Assembly (NCBI RefSeq): GCF_963921235.1
Contig: NC_086097.1
Location: 228,038,001-228,102,000 of the forward strand
Reading direction: 5' to 3'
From: Mobula hypostoma
Lineage: Eukaryota
Length of the DNA: 64,000 nucleotides
Shown: positions 13,321-25,680 of the stretch, one piece after another
Numbering within the stretch: position 1 is the stretch's first letter
Layout: each line of letters begins with the position of its first letter
Notes under the pieces: generated by a model
What the model was told of the DNA's origin: nothing
The model's input: only the letters and a program-made list of their open reading frames with translations
Databases searched by the model: none
Made by a program: the position numbers and the translations under genes

Positions 13321-14311
13321 GTGAGTGAGTTTATAATTTTAAACAACATTTTTTTGTCTTTCGGGAATTGAATGCAGATACTTTTAAGCGGCAATTTTAA
13401 CGAAGCAAGAATTCAGTGCGTTCGCATTACATTTTGTCATTATTTCCTGTTTTTTTGTAAAGGACATCGTTGGTGCTATAGGAATTTGGGGCGAATTTAA
13501 AGGCGTGGTTTTGCAGCAGAACATCTGGTGAGCAGGCTATTGTTTCATAGCACAAAGAGTGTCGGGGAACTGGTTTGAGATAACGCATTTTAGAATTTAG
13601 AACAGAAAGGCTTCTTTGCCGTGGGAAGCTTAGTGTGTCACAAGCTTTCAGTGCCTCTGTCGAATGCATTTACTTTTTTTGTAATGTCAGCTCTGTGCGT
13701 ATGTGAACGCACCACACGATGGGTAACCTACATTTTGATGTTGCCATATTTTCTCCCTTTTCAACTACACAAAGCTGGGTGTTTAGCCAAATAAGCTGGA
13801 CATAAAACCCTGTAAGACTTTCAGTTACAATTTATACCATGTGTTATTTCTGGGAGCTAGTATAACACGAATAAATGTAACATCGCTTCCAACCGTTAAT
13901 TGTCCAATTGGTAAGATTTGCCCTGCCTCATATGAGGTTTTCAATATTTCAAAATGTGTGCAAAAATGGTGAAAATAAATTGTTAGCAGGAATCACAGCA
14001 TAAACTATCAATAAAAATGTTTTATTGCAACAATAGTTGCTACCGTAAATTGGATTGTTCTGAAAATAACTAGTGATCTAATGGATTTCTAGAACTTGTG
14101 ATAGAATGTTTGGTTTGCTGTGCTGCAGGGTTAAGCTTACGCAAATGTTTAGCCAGTTTGCTGTTTATCTAACTATTTTCTGTCAGTGTGACTCCATGGT
14201 CAGCTGAGTTCTCAACAGTTTCTACAAGATTATGACGAGGCAGAATAGTAAAAGATCTTGGCTGACATTCCGAATGAAATGAGTATTATTTCTAGAGCAG
14301 AGGGTCATGTG

Positions 14312-14925
14312 CAGTCTGTGGCCACTTTATTAGGTACACCTGTACACCTGCTCATTAATGCACATATCTAATCAGCTAATCATGTGGCAGTAACTCAATG
14401 CATAAAAGCATGCAGACATAGTCAAGATATTCACTTGTTGTTCAGACCAAACATAAGAATGTGATCTAAGTGACTTAGATTGTGGAGTGGTTGTTGGTGC
14501 CAGATGGGGTGGATTTAGTATTTCAGAAACTGTTGATCTCTTGGGAGTTTCATTCTCAACAGTCTCCAGTAGGGGTTCCCAACTGGGGTCGACAGACCCT
14601 TTGCTTAATGGTATTGGTCAATGGAATATGAAAAAGGTTGGGAACCCCTTCCCTAGAGTTAACAGAGAATGGTGCGAGAAACAAAATACATCCAGTGAGT
14701 GGCATTCTGTGGATGAAAGTGCCTTGTTAATGAGAGAAGTCGGAGGAGAATGGCCAGACTGGTCCAACCTGACAGGAAGGCGACGGTAACTCGGACGACC
14801 ACACGTTATAGCAGTAGTGTGCAGAAGAGCATCTCTGAATGCACATGTGGAACCTTGCAATGGGTGGGCTACAGCTGCAGGTGACTACACTGGGTTCCAC
14901 TCCTCTACCTAATAGGTGCCACTCA
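14312..14925 (+). mobile_element. Internally deleted Tc1-like DNA transposon
   Basis: TIR-like GTGGCCACTTTATTAGGTACACC and degenerate TACCTAATAGGTGCCACT; transposase N-terminal HTH remnant MVVGARWGGFSISETVDLLG...REWCEKQNTSSE. Confidence 0.8.
14570..14650. mobile_element. ~80-bp hAT(Charlie)-like MITE nested in the Tc1 remnant
   Basis: TIRs AGGGGTTCCCAAC / GTTGGGAACCCCT; splits the transposase sequence. Confidence 0.8.
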
Positions 14926-15914
14926 CCTATTCAAACAGGGAAGCCCTTGATTTGTAACAAAATATGAACTCAAAAGAAGCAGAGTGTTTCCTATGTGTGA
15001 GGATGCTGGATTAGCAAATGAGCCTCACCATGTGTAAAGAAATGGGATGTGAGTCGAGCAATAAAAAGTGCGAATGAACCCATATGTAAACCATTCAGTC
15101 TCTCAGCCCTCCTCAGCCATTCAGGAGGATAAGGCCATAAGACCATGGGAGCAGAATTAGGCTATTCAGCCCATTGGGTCTGCTCTGCTATTCCGTCATG
15201 GCAGATTTATTATCCCTATCAACCCTATTCTTCTGCGTGTAGCTCAATTCTGTCTCACTGCCTCAGTTTTGTTTAGGTTAGATCCTAAAGATTTCATAAC
15301 AGTGAATCTCCACCTCGAGTCTTGCTAGCTCCACTTGACCCAGCATCCACATCTTTAAGATCGGTGAATTCCGTATATCTGTGACACCTTATATGGAATG
15401 CTGCTTCCTGAAACCAATCCTATATTTATGTCCTCTTGTTCATTATTTTCCTTTAGTTCTTCATATTCTTCAGATAAAATCATCCCTTAGTCTTTACTAA
15501 TCTTGAGCAAATACAACCCCGTCTTTCATAATTGGGTTGTTATAATTTAACTGTTTCGATAGCTTTATTTGACAGTGGTGAGTCTTAACCAAGAAAAATA
15601 TTTTTTTTTGGACATTGAGTTTTTAGTCATGGAGCCAAGGGGAAATATTGTAATTTAAGAAATCACTTCCAGGGCGCCTAGGGCGACTCGTGCAGCAGCA
15701 GCAGAAATGGATGAATATTGCACGTTCTTAGGAGCGAATTTAATCAGTATAATTAGCTGCCATTACTGTAATTTACTTGCATTTTTCAAAGTACAAGAAG
15801 GTAATTTTCAATAACAAAAATAGTGCCATGATTGTCATACAGGCAAGTGCCTCCTGCGAAATGCTCGCAACCTGATACCTGAACAGTTGATCTGTTTTTG
15901 CTGAATCAGACTGA

Positions 15915-16075
15915 GGCAGGAATGTTGGCCAGGACAAGACGGGAAATCCCCTTTTGAATAGTGATAAGTGATCATGATGTTTGTCTGAACCATTAGAAAA
16001 ATAAATCTAGGCTGCAATTTGACACCTCATCCAAAAGATGGTTGAAGGACATTTAGGGCTCAAGAACTTGATGTT
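15915..16075 (-). mobile_element. Degenerate Deu-SINE-like (SacSINE1/AmnSINE1-type) remnant
   Basis: 'ggccaggaca...gaatagtg...acctcatccaaaagatgg...gctcaag' resembles the recalled reverse-strand Deu-SINE consensus; not aligned. Confidence 0.45.
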
Positions 16076-16409
16076 AAATTGACTCTTGCAGCTGGTTTGG
16101 CAGTGGAAGGCACTGTGAAAGTGAAAAGTTGTTGACTTGCAGAAAGGTCTATTCCAGAATCCCAGCTTTTTCATTGATACGAATTGAGTATATTGCCACT
16201 CCTGTTATGCTTGGTATCAATTATTTTACAGGAAGCATGAGAAGTATTTCAAATATAACATATTTGTTGCTGAAGCCGAGCTATAAGAAGCTCAATACAT
16301 GATAAAGCTTAAAAGGTGGAAAGGTTTACCACTGTTACAAGCGTTCTTTGTATCGCAGGTTTTCGCCATCTGTATTTTTTTGATTCTGAGTTTAAGTGAA
16401 AATCTATAC

Positions 16410-16580
16410 CATATATTTCAGCTAATAGCAGATCCTGGGGGTGTGTGAGGAAACTGAAGCACTCGGAGGAAGCCCCTGGGTTCATGGAGGTAAATGTGCA
16501 GGCTTCAGTCAGACAGCAGTTGAGGTCAGGATTAAAAGGTCTTAGCTTCCTGAAGCTGTGAAGCACTGCTGCTCCAAGAC
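16410..16580 (-). mobile_element. Degenerate V-SINE (HE1-like)
   Basis: 'gtgtgaggaaactgaagcactcggaggaagccc' is the rc of the V-domain. Confidence 0.6.
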
Positions 16581-16717
16581 ACTAGATTGCCAGTTAAAAC
16601 AAGGATAGTGCATCTAATCCCCACAGACCATCCCCGATGCTCAACAGATTAGCCTTGATGCCGCTAACAAGACCCTGCTATCAGACAGATCTCAAATTTG
16701 CACCAGTACCCTAAATA

Positions 16718-17196
16718 TAGAACATAGAATAGTACAGCACAGTACAGGCCCTTTGGCCCACAATGTTGTGCCGACCCTCAAACCCTGCCTCCCATATAAG
16801 CCCCCACCTTAGATTCCTCCATATACCTGTCTAGTAGTCTCTTAAACTTCACTAGTGTATCTGCCTCCACCACTGACTCAGGCAGTGCATTCCACGCATG
16901 AACCACTCTCTGAGTAAAAAACCTTCCTCTAATATCCCCCTTGAACTTCCCACCCCTTACCTTAAAGCCATGTCCTCTTGTATTGAGCAGTGGTGCCCTG
17001 GGGAAGAGGTGCTGGCTATCCACTCTATCTATTCCTCTTATTATCTTGTACACCTCTATCATGTCTCCTCTCATCCTCCTTCTCTCCAAAGAGTAAAGCC
17101 CTAGCTCCCTTAATCTCTGATTATAATGCATACTTTCTAAACCAGGCAGCATCCTGGTAAATCTCCTCTGTACCCTTTCCAATGCTTCCACATCCT
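16718..17196 (-). mobile_element. CR1 family 'A' 3' fragment
   Basis: ALERVQRRFTRMLPGL...GRFFTQRVV open frame; (TTCTATG) tail. Confidence 0.92.
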
Positions 17197-17816
17197 ACAA
17201 TTCCAAGCCCAACTTCCCCACCCTGCTGACATACAAATCCTTACCGCTGCACCCAACTCACCACCCATCTTTGAAAGGCAAAACAACTGTCCTCTCCTCC
17301 ACCAGAATAATTTCACCATACAAAGCTGCAATCAACCTGTACAGCATCTTCTTCTCACCCACTAGAGTGCTTCACATGATGTTGCAATATATCCAATTAT
17401 AACCTAACACAGGTTATTTTAATCCGGTGCGACTCAATAGTAATGGCATATAGATTAATGTGTGTAAATTTGGGCGTCTACCTTATTTGGCATTGATCTA
17501 AGAATAATGTTGCATCTCTAAAGATTTGTTTAGCTGCTGGTGCGCATTGATCAATCGGGGAAAGGAAATCACTTTGTTCACGTGTGGTTTCTCTTCTCCA
17601 CCCATCCACAACAGAACTTCCTTGTGGACGAAGATAAACATGAAGCCCTCTCCTCTGCTAGCTCCAGCATTGCAGAGCTGGTAGAGGATGCCATGTTGGA
17701 GTCAGAGAGGTGATGAATGTGACTGAGGGTCTCCTGGTTTGTAGTAGTAATGGTGATGAGAGGTGGGGCAGCTCAGGGTTCAGTCACTGGGGACAGCACA
17801 TGAGCCTAAGGTTCTG

Positions 17817-18140
17817 GGCAGCACAGTAACTTAGCGGTTAGTGCAGTACCCTACAGCGCGCAAGCAATAAAATTGGGTTTTGAACCCACTGTTGTCTTTA
17901 AGGAATTTGTATGTTCTCCCTGTGACTGTGTATGTTTCCTTCGGGTACTCCATTTTCCTCCCACATTACGAAGATGTATGGGTCAGGGTTTTAGTGAGTT
18001 ATGGGTATGCTAAGTTGGTACCAGAAGCGTGGCAGCACTTGCAGTTTGCCGGAAACAATCGACGATGATTTGATGCAACCAGCACATTTTACTGTATGTT
18101 TTGATGTTTCAATGTACATGTAACAAATAAAGCTGATCTT
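17817..18140 (+). mobile_element. V-SINE (HE1-like, tRNA head)
   Basis: A-box-like TAGCGGTTAG, B-box-like GGGTTTTGAACCC, V-domain 'tttgtatgttctccctgtgactgtgtatgtttccttcgggtactcc', tail AATAAAGCTGATCTT. Confidence 0.8.
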
Positions 18141-18489
18141 TACCTTCTCAACTTTAGATTGGAGCAATTTTGGGGAAGGAATCAGTTAGAGGCTTGGCAA
18201 GGGCATGAATTGATAAATAACTGCAGTGAGATGAAACTGTAACCTTAAAAGGCATCTCCCAACAGGCGTATCGATGCTTTAGTCTAGTTTTCACAATCAC
18301 GAATCAAGTCAGAGGGGATCATTTTAAATCACATAGAGGCACTGCTCACTGATCTGATGAAACCTATTTCCATGTAAGTGGCAGTTACTTGAAAATAAGA
18401 TTGAAAAGGAGACACAATATAGTTCCTTTTTATTCTATTGAAAGACAATAATGCAGATAAACTTAATAGCTTGAAAAAAATACAGATAC

Positions 18490-18600
18490 AAGAGACTGTA
18501 AATGTTGGAAGCATAATAAACTGCTGGAAGAACTCAGCAGATCAACTAGCAGCTATAGTGGCAAATGGATAATCAGCATTTTCGTTCAGAGACATTAGCT
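18490..18600 (-). mobile_element. Very degenerate Penelope 3'-end derivative
   Basis: 'tgctggaagaactcagcagatcaactagcagcta' resembles the PLE terminus at 46072-46130. Confidence 0.5.
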
Positions 18601-18899
18601 TTTCATACAAAATTAAGAAGTACGTGAATCCGCAGACAACAAACTTGAAGCTAAAAGCCGGAAGAAATGCCTGTGAAACGTACATGACTACTAATGAAGT
18701 GTGACTTTGTTCAATAATAGTTGGGTAACTGGTTAAGAATAGATCAGAATATTTACAGGATAAAAAGTTTTAAAAGTAACACTAACATTTATGTTCTTTA
18801 GCTTGACAGGAGATATCTGTGATGTACAGCTGATCAGAGATGAGCAGAATCAGTTATGTTTTCTCAAATAATGTTTTTTGATGTTGCTACCTTCTTCAG

Positions 18900-18944
18900 G
18901 ATATTGACAAAATTTCACAGAAGGCGACGATTCAGCAAGGGCAG
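18900..18944 (+). other. Candidate 45-bp internal exon
   Basis: Polypyrimidine acceptor 'ctaccttcttcag|G', donor CAG|GTATTG; open in phase 0 (DIDKISQKATIQQGQ); no protein recognised. Confidence 0.4.
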
Positions 18945-19089
18945 GTATTGCCTGTTTGGCCAACATCTACTCAGTTCTCCTAACAGGACATTGATCTGCA
19001 TGTTAGCTTTGTTCTCTCTCAATCGATGCTGCCTGTCCTGTTGAATATTTCCAATGCTATCTTCTTTAGTTCAGATGGGCAGTGGCTGT

Positions 19090-19352
19090 GGACCTGGGAT
19101 GATTTGTAGTTCAGTCCGGGGTGAAGATGGTGGACTTCCTGCCCTGAAAGACAACAGTGCACTGGAAAGATTCCTTCAATAGTCCAGTAATATCATCATC
19201 ACCAACAAATGTATAATTTTTTATTCCCAAATTCTTTAATTCATTTGATTTAAATTGCTAAGTTACTCTGGTAGGATTCAATGTCTTGACTCCAGAGTGG
19301 TAGACAGGGCTCTGGATCCCAATCCAGTAAGTTAATCATTGCACTGCCATAC
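19090..19352 (-). mobile_element. Ancient tRNA-derived SINE remnant
   Basis: 'gatggtggacttcctgccctgaaagaca...ggtaggattcaa...ctctggat...ccagta' resembles a recalled chondrichthyan SINE on the reverse strand. Confidence 0.5.
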
Positions 19353-19700
19353 CAGTTTAGAAATGTTGTCGATAAATAATTTATGATTCTGTGCAATCTA
19401 CATCTTTCACAAATATTTAATATATAAAGTTTTTCTGATGTCCTGGTTGAAGTGGAGTTGTGACACTACAATTAAAGTTGTAATGCGCATAAACACCAAA
19501 TGCACTTATGCTTTTGATAATTACTCAGTGTGATTTGAATGAGTAATTGTTGGAACTGTGTGCAATAATGAATTCCTGAAATTAATGAAAGAGCACACAG
19601 CGATGTTCAGGGTGTCTAAAAATCATTTGGGTAGTCTGGTGACAGAAAACTAACCTGCCTCTAACAATAGATTAGACAATAGATTAGCCTCTAACAATAA

Positions 19701-20912
19701 TTGAGGAGGTGACCAGGCATATAGATGAGGGTAGTACAGTGGATGTGATCTATATGGATTTTAGTAAGGCATTTGACAAGGTTCCACATGGTAGGCTTAT
19801 TCAGAAAGTTAGAAGGCATGGGATCCAGGGAAGTTTGGCCAGGTGGATTCAGAATTGGCTTGCCTGCAGAAGGCAGAGAGTGGTGGTGGAGGGAGTACAT
19901 TCAGCTTGGAGGATTGTGACTAGTGGTGTCCCACAAGGATCTGTTCTGGGACCTCTACTTTTCGTGATTTTTATTAACGACCTGGATGTGGGGTTAGAAG
20001 GGTGGGTTGGCAAGTTTGCAGACGACACAAAGGTTGGTGGTGTTGTAGATAGTGTAGAATATTGTCGCAGATTGCAGAGAGACATTGATAGGATGCAGAA
20101 GTGGGCTGAGAAGTGGCAGATGGAGTTCAACCCGGAGAAGTGTGAGGTGGTACACTTTGGAAGGACAAAATTCAAGGCAGAGTACAAAGTAAATGGCAGA
20201 ATACTTGGTAGTGTGGAGGAGCAGAGGGATCTCGGGGTACATGTCCACAGATCCCTGAAAGTTGCCTCACAGGTGGATAGGGTAGTTAAGAAAGCGTATG
20301 GGGTGTTAGCTTTCATAAGTCGAGGGATAGAGTTTAAAAGTCGTGATGTAATAATGCAGCTCTATAAAACTCTGGTTAGGCCACACTTGGAGTACTGTGT
20401 CCAGTTCTGGTCACCTCACTATAGGAAGGATGTGAAAGCATTGGAAAGGGTACAGAGGAGATTTACCAGGACGCTGCCTGGTTTAGAAAGTATGCATTAT
20501 GATCAGAGATTAAGGGAGCTAGGGCTTTACTCTTTGGAGAGAAGGAGGATGAGAGGAGACATGATAGAGGTGTAAAAGATAATAAGAGGAATAGATAGAG
20601 TGGATAGCCAGCGCCTCTTCCCCAGGGCACCACTGCTCAATATAAGAGGACATGGCTTTAAGGTAAGGGGTGGGAAGTTCAAGGGGGTTATTAGAGGAAG
20701 GTTTTTTTACTCAGAGAGTGGTTGATGCGTGGAATGCACTGCCTGAGTCAGTGGTGGAGGCAGGTACACTAGTGAAGTTTAAGAGTCTACTAGACAGGTA
20801 TATGGAGGAATTTAAGTTGGGGGCTTATATGGGAGTCAGGATTTGAGGGTTGGCACAACACTGTGGGCCGAAGGGCCTGTACTGTGCTGTACTATTCTAT
20901 GTTCTATGTTCT
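19701..20912 (+). mobile_element. CR1 family 'A', 5'-truncated, RT ORF 19709-20575
   Basis: 288-aa ORF with [28 protein letters not shown]; premature stop at 20573-20575; (TTCTATG)n tail. Confidence 0.95.
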
Positions 20913-21016
20913 AATATGAAGTATGTACCGTATGTTTCCACAGCAATTATTAGCCTATGAAATGATAATAAGTTACAAACACTGAACTAGCTTCGTGCAA
21001 GTTAAAATGACTAATG

Positions 21017-21250
21017 GTCACACAGCACTGCAGCAGATAGAGCTGCAATGGCACAGCTCCAGACACGGGGGTTTGATTCTGACTTTGATTGCTGACTGTG
21101 TAGAACTTGCACATTCAGCCAGAGACATGTGAGTTTTTCCCGACTCCTCTGGATTCTTTCCATACTTTAAGTATGGCCACTGAGAGTAACTACTAGTGTG
21201 CGTGGGTGAGAGGGAATTGAGAAGGTTTATGGGTGGATGAGGGAGCACAC
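21017..21250 (+). mobile_element. Degenerate V-SINE
   Basis: tRNA-like head 'cacagctccagacacgggggtttgattct' plus decayed V-domain. Confidence 0.6.
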
Positions 21251-21398
21251 ATTTCAAGAATATTAATGGGTGAGTTGAACCGATGGGAATGTTCTGAGAG
21301 CCCGAATGAACTTGCTTTTCATATTAACATGCAAAATACCCATCTTGATTCTAACCACACTTGTTCCAGAATTAAAACTGCTGTAGGTACTCCATTTA

Positions 21399-21495
21399 CC
21401 AGTTCTGAAGAAAGGTCACGTCTGAAATGTTTGTACTATTTTTCTCTCTGTAGATATTGTTTGGCCTGTTGAGAATTTCCAGCTCTTTCTGTTTT
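21399..21495 (+). mobile_element. Degenerate PLE 3'-end derivative with HHR-like core
   Basis: cagttCTGAAGAaaggtcacgtctGAAAtgtt followed by the PLE terminal motif 'ggcctgttgagaatttccagc'. Confidence 0.6.
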
Positions 21496-21986
21496 AATCG
21501 CATGTTTATACTTCAAGTAGTATACAGAACCAGAGAACCCAGCACCATTACAGGGGGGAAATACTTTTCTTAATAGACGTGTCAAGCACTTCAAAGATTA
21601 AAAAAAACAATTGCATCTCTGGGGGCAATACTTGGCAAGAAATCCCTGACAGAGATCTTCTCATGAACAATTGAATAACAATCGTGAATCCAAACAGAAT
21701 TAAGAACTATACAGAAAGAGGATTAGTTGTTAATTCCTTTGAAAAATAAGAGTAATTCAGTATTTCATAATTGAGATTTGTTTGGTTTTAGTGAAAATGG
21801 AAATTTAGCTTCTCATCACAGCCATCTTAATACTTCAAATAAATAGAAATCACATTCCTGACACGATTAGTGTTTCCCTTTCAGGATATTCCTTTATTGT
21901 TACGTAAAGAGCATACATTTTTACTGAATAAATCCAGCAAATATTTTGTGTATGCCAACTACCTACTTCAGGAATTTAAAACTATT

Positions 21987-23852
21987 AACCGTAAAATACC
22001 CTTAGTCTTCCAAGTTTGAAAAGCGCGATCCGTAAAAGAGGGAGGAAAAAATATGTTGCCTAAAATAGGAATCGCTAACCCGAATTGATTAAGATCAAAA
22101 AATTTTCTGAATTGAAACCAAATGCGCAAAGCATATTTAACTATCGGGTTAGAGACCTGCTTAAGGCGTTTCGAATCAAAAGGAAGAGAGGAACCTAAAA
22201 TAGAACCAAGTGTATAACCCTGAACAGATTGTAATTCCAATGCTACCCATTTAGGAATAGATAGTATGTCCCGGTCAAGTAACCAAAATTTCATATGTCG
22301 AATATTAATAGCCCAATAATAAAATCTAAAGTTAGGTAATGCTAAACCTCCATCTCTCTTAGCTTTCTGTAAATGTATTTTACCCAGTCTCGGATTCTTA
22401 TTCTGCCAAATAAATGAAGAAATTTTAGAGTCAACTTTATCAAAAAAAGATTTAGGAACGAAAATTGGTAATGCCTGAAACACATATAAAAATTTTGGCA
22501 AAAAAAACATCTTAACTGCATTAATACGACCAATCAAAGTTAAATATAAGGGAAACCATTTAGATGAAAGTTGAGTAATATGGTCTATTAATGGTAAAAA
22601 GTTAGTCTTAAATAAATCTTTATGTTTACAAGTAATTTTAATCCCAAGATATGAAAAGTATTTGGATTTTGGATTTATTTTTAGATGGTTCCCTTATGTC
22701 TTTTGAACAATTATCTAATAAATATAACTTATCAAGAATACATTTTTTTAGATATTTACAAGTTAGAAATTTCCTAAGTACTATACTTTCTTCCTTTCCA
22801 ATGCTTCCTCCTATATATATTTTAGATTCGATAATTAACCTTAATCCATGTCAGAAAGGTGCATCGGCTATGATTTATAATATTATTATGAAACTTAGGA
22901 AAGCTCCATTTGATAAGATTAGGGTAGATTGGGAACAGGAATTGGGGCTTACCATTTCTGTGGATGATTGGGGGCAGATTTTACAATTAGTTAATACTTC
23001 CTCTATTTGTGCTAAACATTCCCTAATTCAATTTAAAGTGGTTCATAGAGCACATATGTCCAAAGATAAGTTAGCGCGTTTTTACTCGCATATTAATCCT
23101 TTCTGTGATAGATGTTCGGGGCAGATAGCCTCTTTAACTCATATGTTTTGGTCTTGCCCTACTTTGGAAACTTTTTGGAGAGATATTTTCAATATTATTT
23201 CTAAGGTATTAAATATAGATATCTCTCCTCACCCTATTACTGCTATCTTTGGACTACCTAAAATTTCTAGTAATCTTTCCCCTTCAGCCCGTAGAATGAT
23301 TGCATTTCTTACTTTAATGGCGAAAAGATGTATTTTACAACATTGGAAAGAGCTTAATGCTCCAACTACCTTTTTTTGGTTTTCTCAGACGATTTTATGT
23401 TTGAATCTGGAGAAAATTAGAAGTAACCTTTATGATTCTTCATTTAAATTTGAACAGATTTGGGGACCTTTTATTCGATATTTTCATTTAATGTAATATT
23501 TACCCTTCTTGTTTTTTTTTCACTGTTTTAATGGAGGTCGGGATTGAGGACGTGATTTTAAGTTTAACTCTGTTTGGTTTCAAGTTAGCCCATTGCTTTG
23601 CTTTGCTTTTAGGTAGTTGCACGGTGGGTTTTTTTTTGGGGGGTTTTTTTTTCTTTTTTTTTTCCATTGATATATATAAAATCTAGTATACTATTATGTT
23701 ATCTTGGTTTCTTATGCTTAAATTACATTGTTTGTAGTATTTTCTTTTTGGTATTGTTATCTTTTGGAATTTTATTGTACTTTAACATTGTATTAATGTT
23801 TATATGGCTTACCTTTTTTGTATACTTACTCAATAAAAAGATTTAAAAAGAA
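21987..23852 (+). mobile_element. L1-clade LINE, 5'-truncated with 5' inversion (twin priming)
   Basis: Minus segment 21987-22652 (YLGI...IGRINAVKMFFLPKFLY...GGLALPNF...KGILR) continues in the plus segment from ~22667 (LDLFLDG...CDRC...HMFWSCP zinc knuckle...FHLM*); AATAAA and A tail; 17-bp TSD AGGAATTTAAAACTATT at 21970-21986 and 23853-23869. Confidence 0.93.
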
Positions 23853-25069
23853 AGGAATTTAAAACTATTGATCTATTCCTTTCTTAAAAAGTGTAAAATT
23901 GTTATTGTTTCCCTAGACCCTAGACCTCCTTCACAAACAAGATTATTTGAAATAAAGAGGATTTTAACCCAAGTTTGTTATATTTACTGCTGCTTTAAGC
24001 ACTTCAAACTAAAGCCATTAATTGTACAGCATAAAAAATGAAATACTCTACAAAAATAAAAACTCCCATTATAATTTTACTATATTAGAATCATGTAAAA
24101 TTGCTTGTGGTTTTTATGTATACGTATTAAACAAATTTTAAGTAATTCATTCTGTAGTAATTGCCAAGTACTTTTAGTGCATTATAGTTTTGGTATTCCT
24201 GTATCCATATTTAGTGGAAATGTTAAATTAATATTAAATAACTTGTAAACTGTATCATAACAGAAATAGGTATTAGATATTCATCCATCAATAAGCAGCA
24301 GTTTTTGACTCTTAAGGTGAAGACATCATTGTTTAGTGCCAGGTCAATATACTGTAGGGTTCTTTTTGTAGAATGAATACAATTAGCGTCCTTCCCTCTT
24401 CTGTCAATGGTCTGGTTAGCAGAGGCTACCTATATGATAAGGAAGACGAAAATTTCCTGCAGGAGATGTTGTAAGGAATACCACAGTTCCACAAAGCAAA
24501 CTGTTATGAGACAATGATATTAAAGAACAATAAAGCAGTGAGAATGTTGTACATATTGTGAGTTAGATGTCAAGAACCCAGAATGATCTTTGTTTCCAAA
24601 GTACCAGAGTTACAAGTGGCAGTGATTCAGGAAAAAGTATAGTGAGCAACTTGCAGACTCAATTGATTGGAAATAATAGCTATCAATAGGAACCTTCAGC
24701 AGCTAGAGAAGCAATTGCATGGGAATGTAATGAGAGCCTGAAGTATTTATAAATTAAATAGTGTTAATTAAAGTCTAGAAAATGGAATATTGAATGAAGA
24801 TGATTGGCATAAGAATGTAAATTGGCATGAGGAAAAGCTTTATACTGCAGTATGGAGCTGGGTCTGAAATGCACAGCCAGGGATAGTAGTAGAGGCAGAT
24901 TTATACATAGCATTAAAAATAAGCATCCAAAAGAAAATAATTCATACTGTTTAAGGGAAAAAGGAAAGGATGTGAGTGAAGCCGAATTGTTCTGGGGGTA
25001 CCTGGAACTGGTACAGATTTGATAGTCTAATGGCTATCCTTGCTGGGGCAAGTTTGTGACTCTGCATTG

Positions 25070-25332
25070 ATATATTTATTGAGATACAGTGCGGAGTAGG
25101 TCCTGTCAGTCCCTTGAGCAATGCTGCCCGGCAATCCCCCGATTTAATCCCAGCCTAGTTATGGGAACAATTTACAATGATCCATTAACCTACCAACTGG
25201 TATGTCTTTGGACTGTGGGAGGAAACCGGAGCATGCTATAAAACCCACACAATCACGGGGAGAAGGTGCAAACTCTTGTACCCTGGTTGCCTATACTGTA
25301 AGGCATTGTGCTAACCACTACACTACTGTGCA
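25070..25332 (-). mobile_element. V-SINE
   Basis: 'gactgtgggaggaaaccggagca...aaacccacacaatcacggggagaaggtgcaaactc' is the rc V-domain; rc tRNA head 'gtgctaaccactacactactgtgc'. Confidence 0.8.
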
Positions 25333-25397
25333 GAGAACTCAAAAGCCCAAAGATTTCCGGCAGCAGTGAGCTTTCTACATGCGTATCAGCAAAGACA

Positions 25398-25680
25398 CGT
25401 GGCCAAGTGGTTAAGGCGTCAGTCTAGTGATCTGATGGTAGCTAGTTCAAGCCTCAGCTGATTTGAGCAAGGCACTTAACCACACATTGCTCTGCGACGA
25501 CACCGGTGCCAAGCTGTATCAGCCCTAGTGCCCTTCCCTTGGACAACATCGGTGGCGTGGAGAGGGGAGACGTGCAGCATGGGCAACTGCCGGTCTTCCA
25601 TACAACCTTGCCCAGGCCTGCACCTTGGAAACCTTCCAAGGCGCAAATCCATGGTCCCACGAGACTAACGGATGCCTATA
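25398..25680 (+). mobile_element. tRNA-derived SINE with a distinct body and possible RTE-type tail
   Basis: A box TGGCCAAGTGG, B box GTTCAAGCC; TSD ATCAGC(A/G)AAGACA at 25385-25397 and 25681-25693. Confidence 0.85.
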
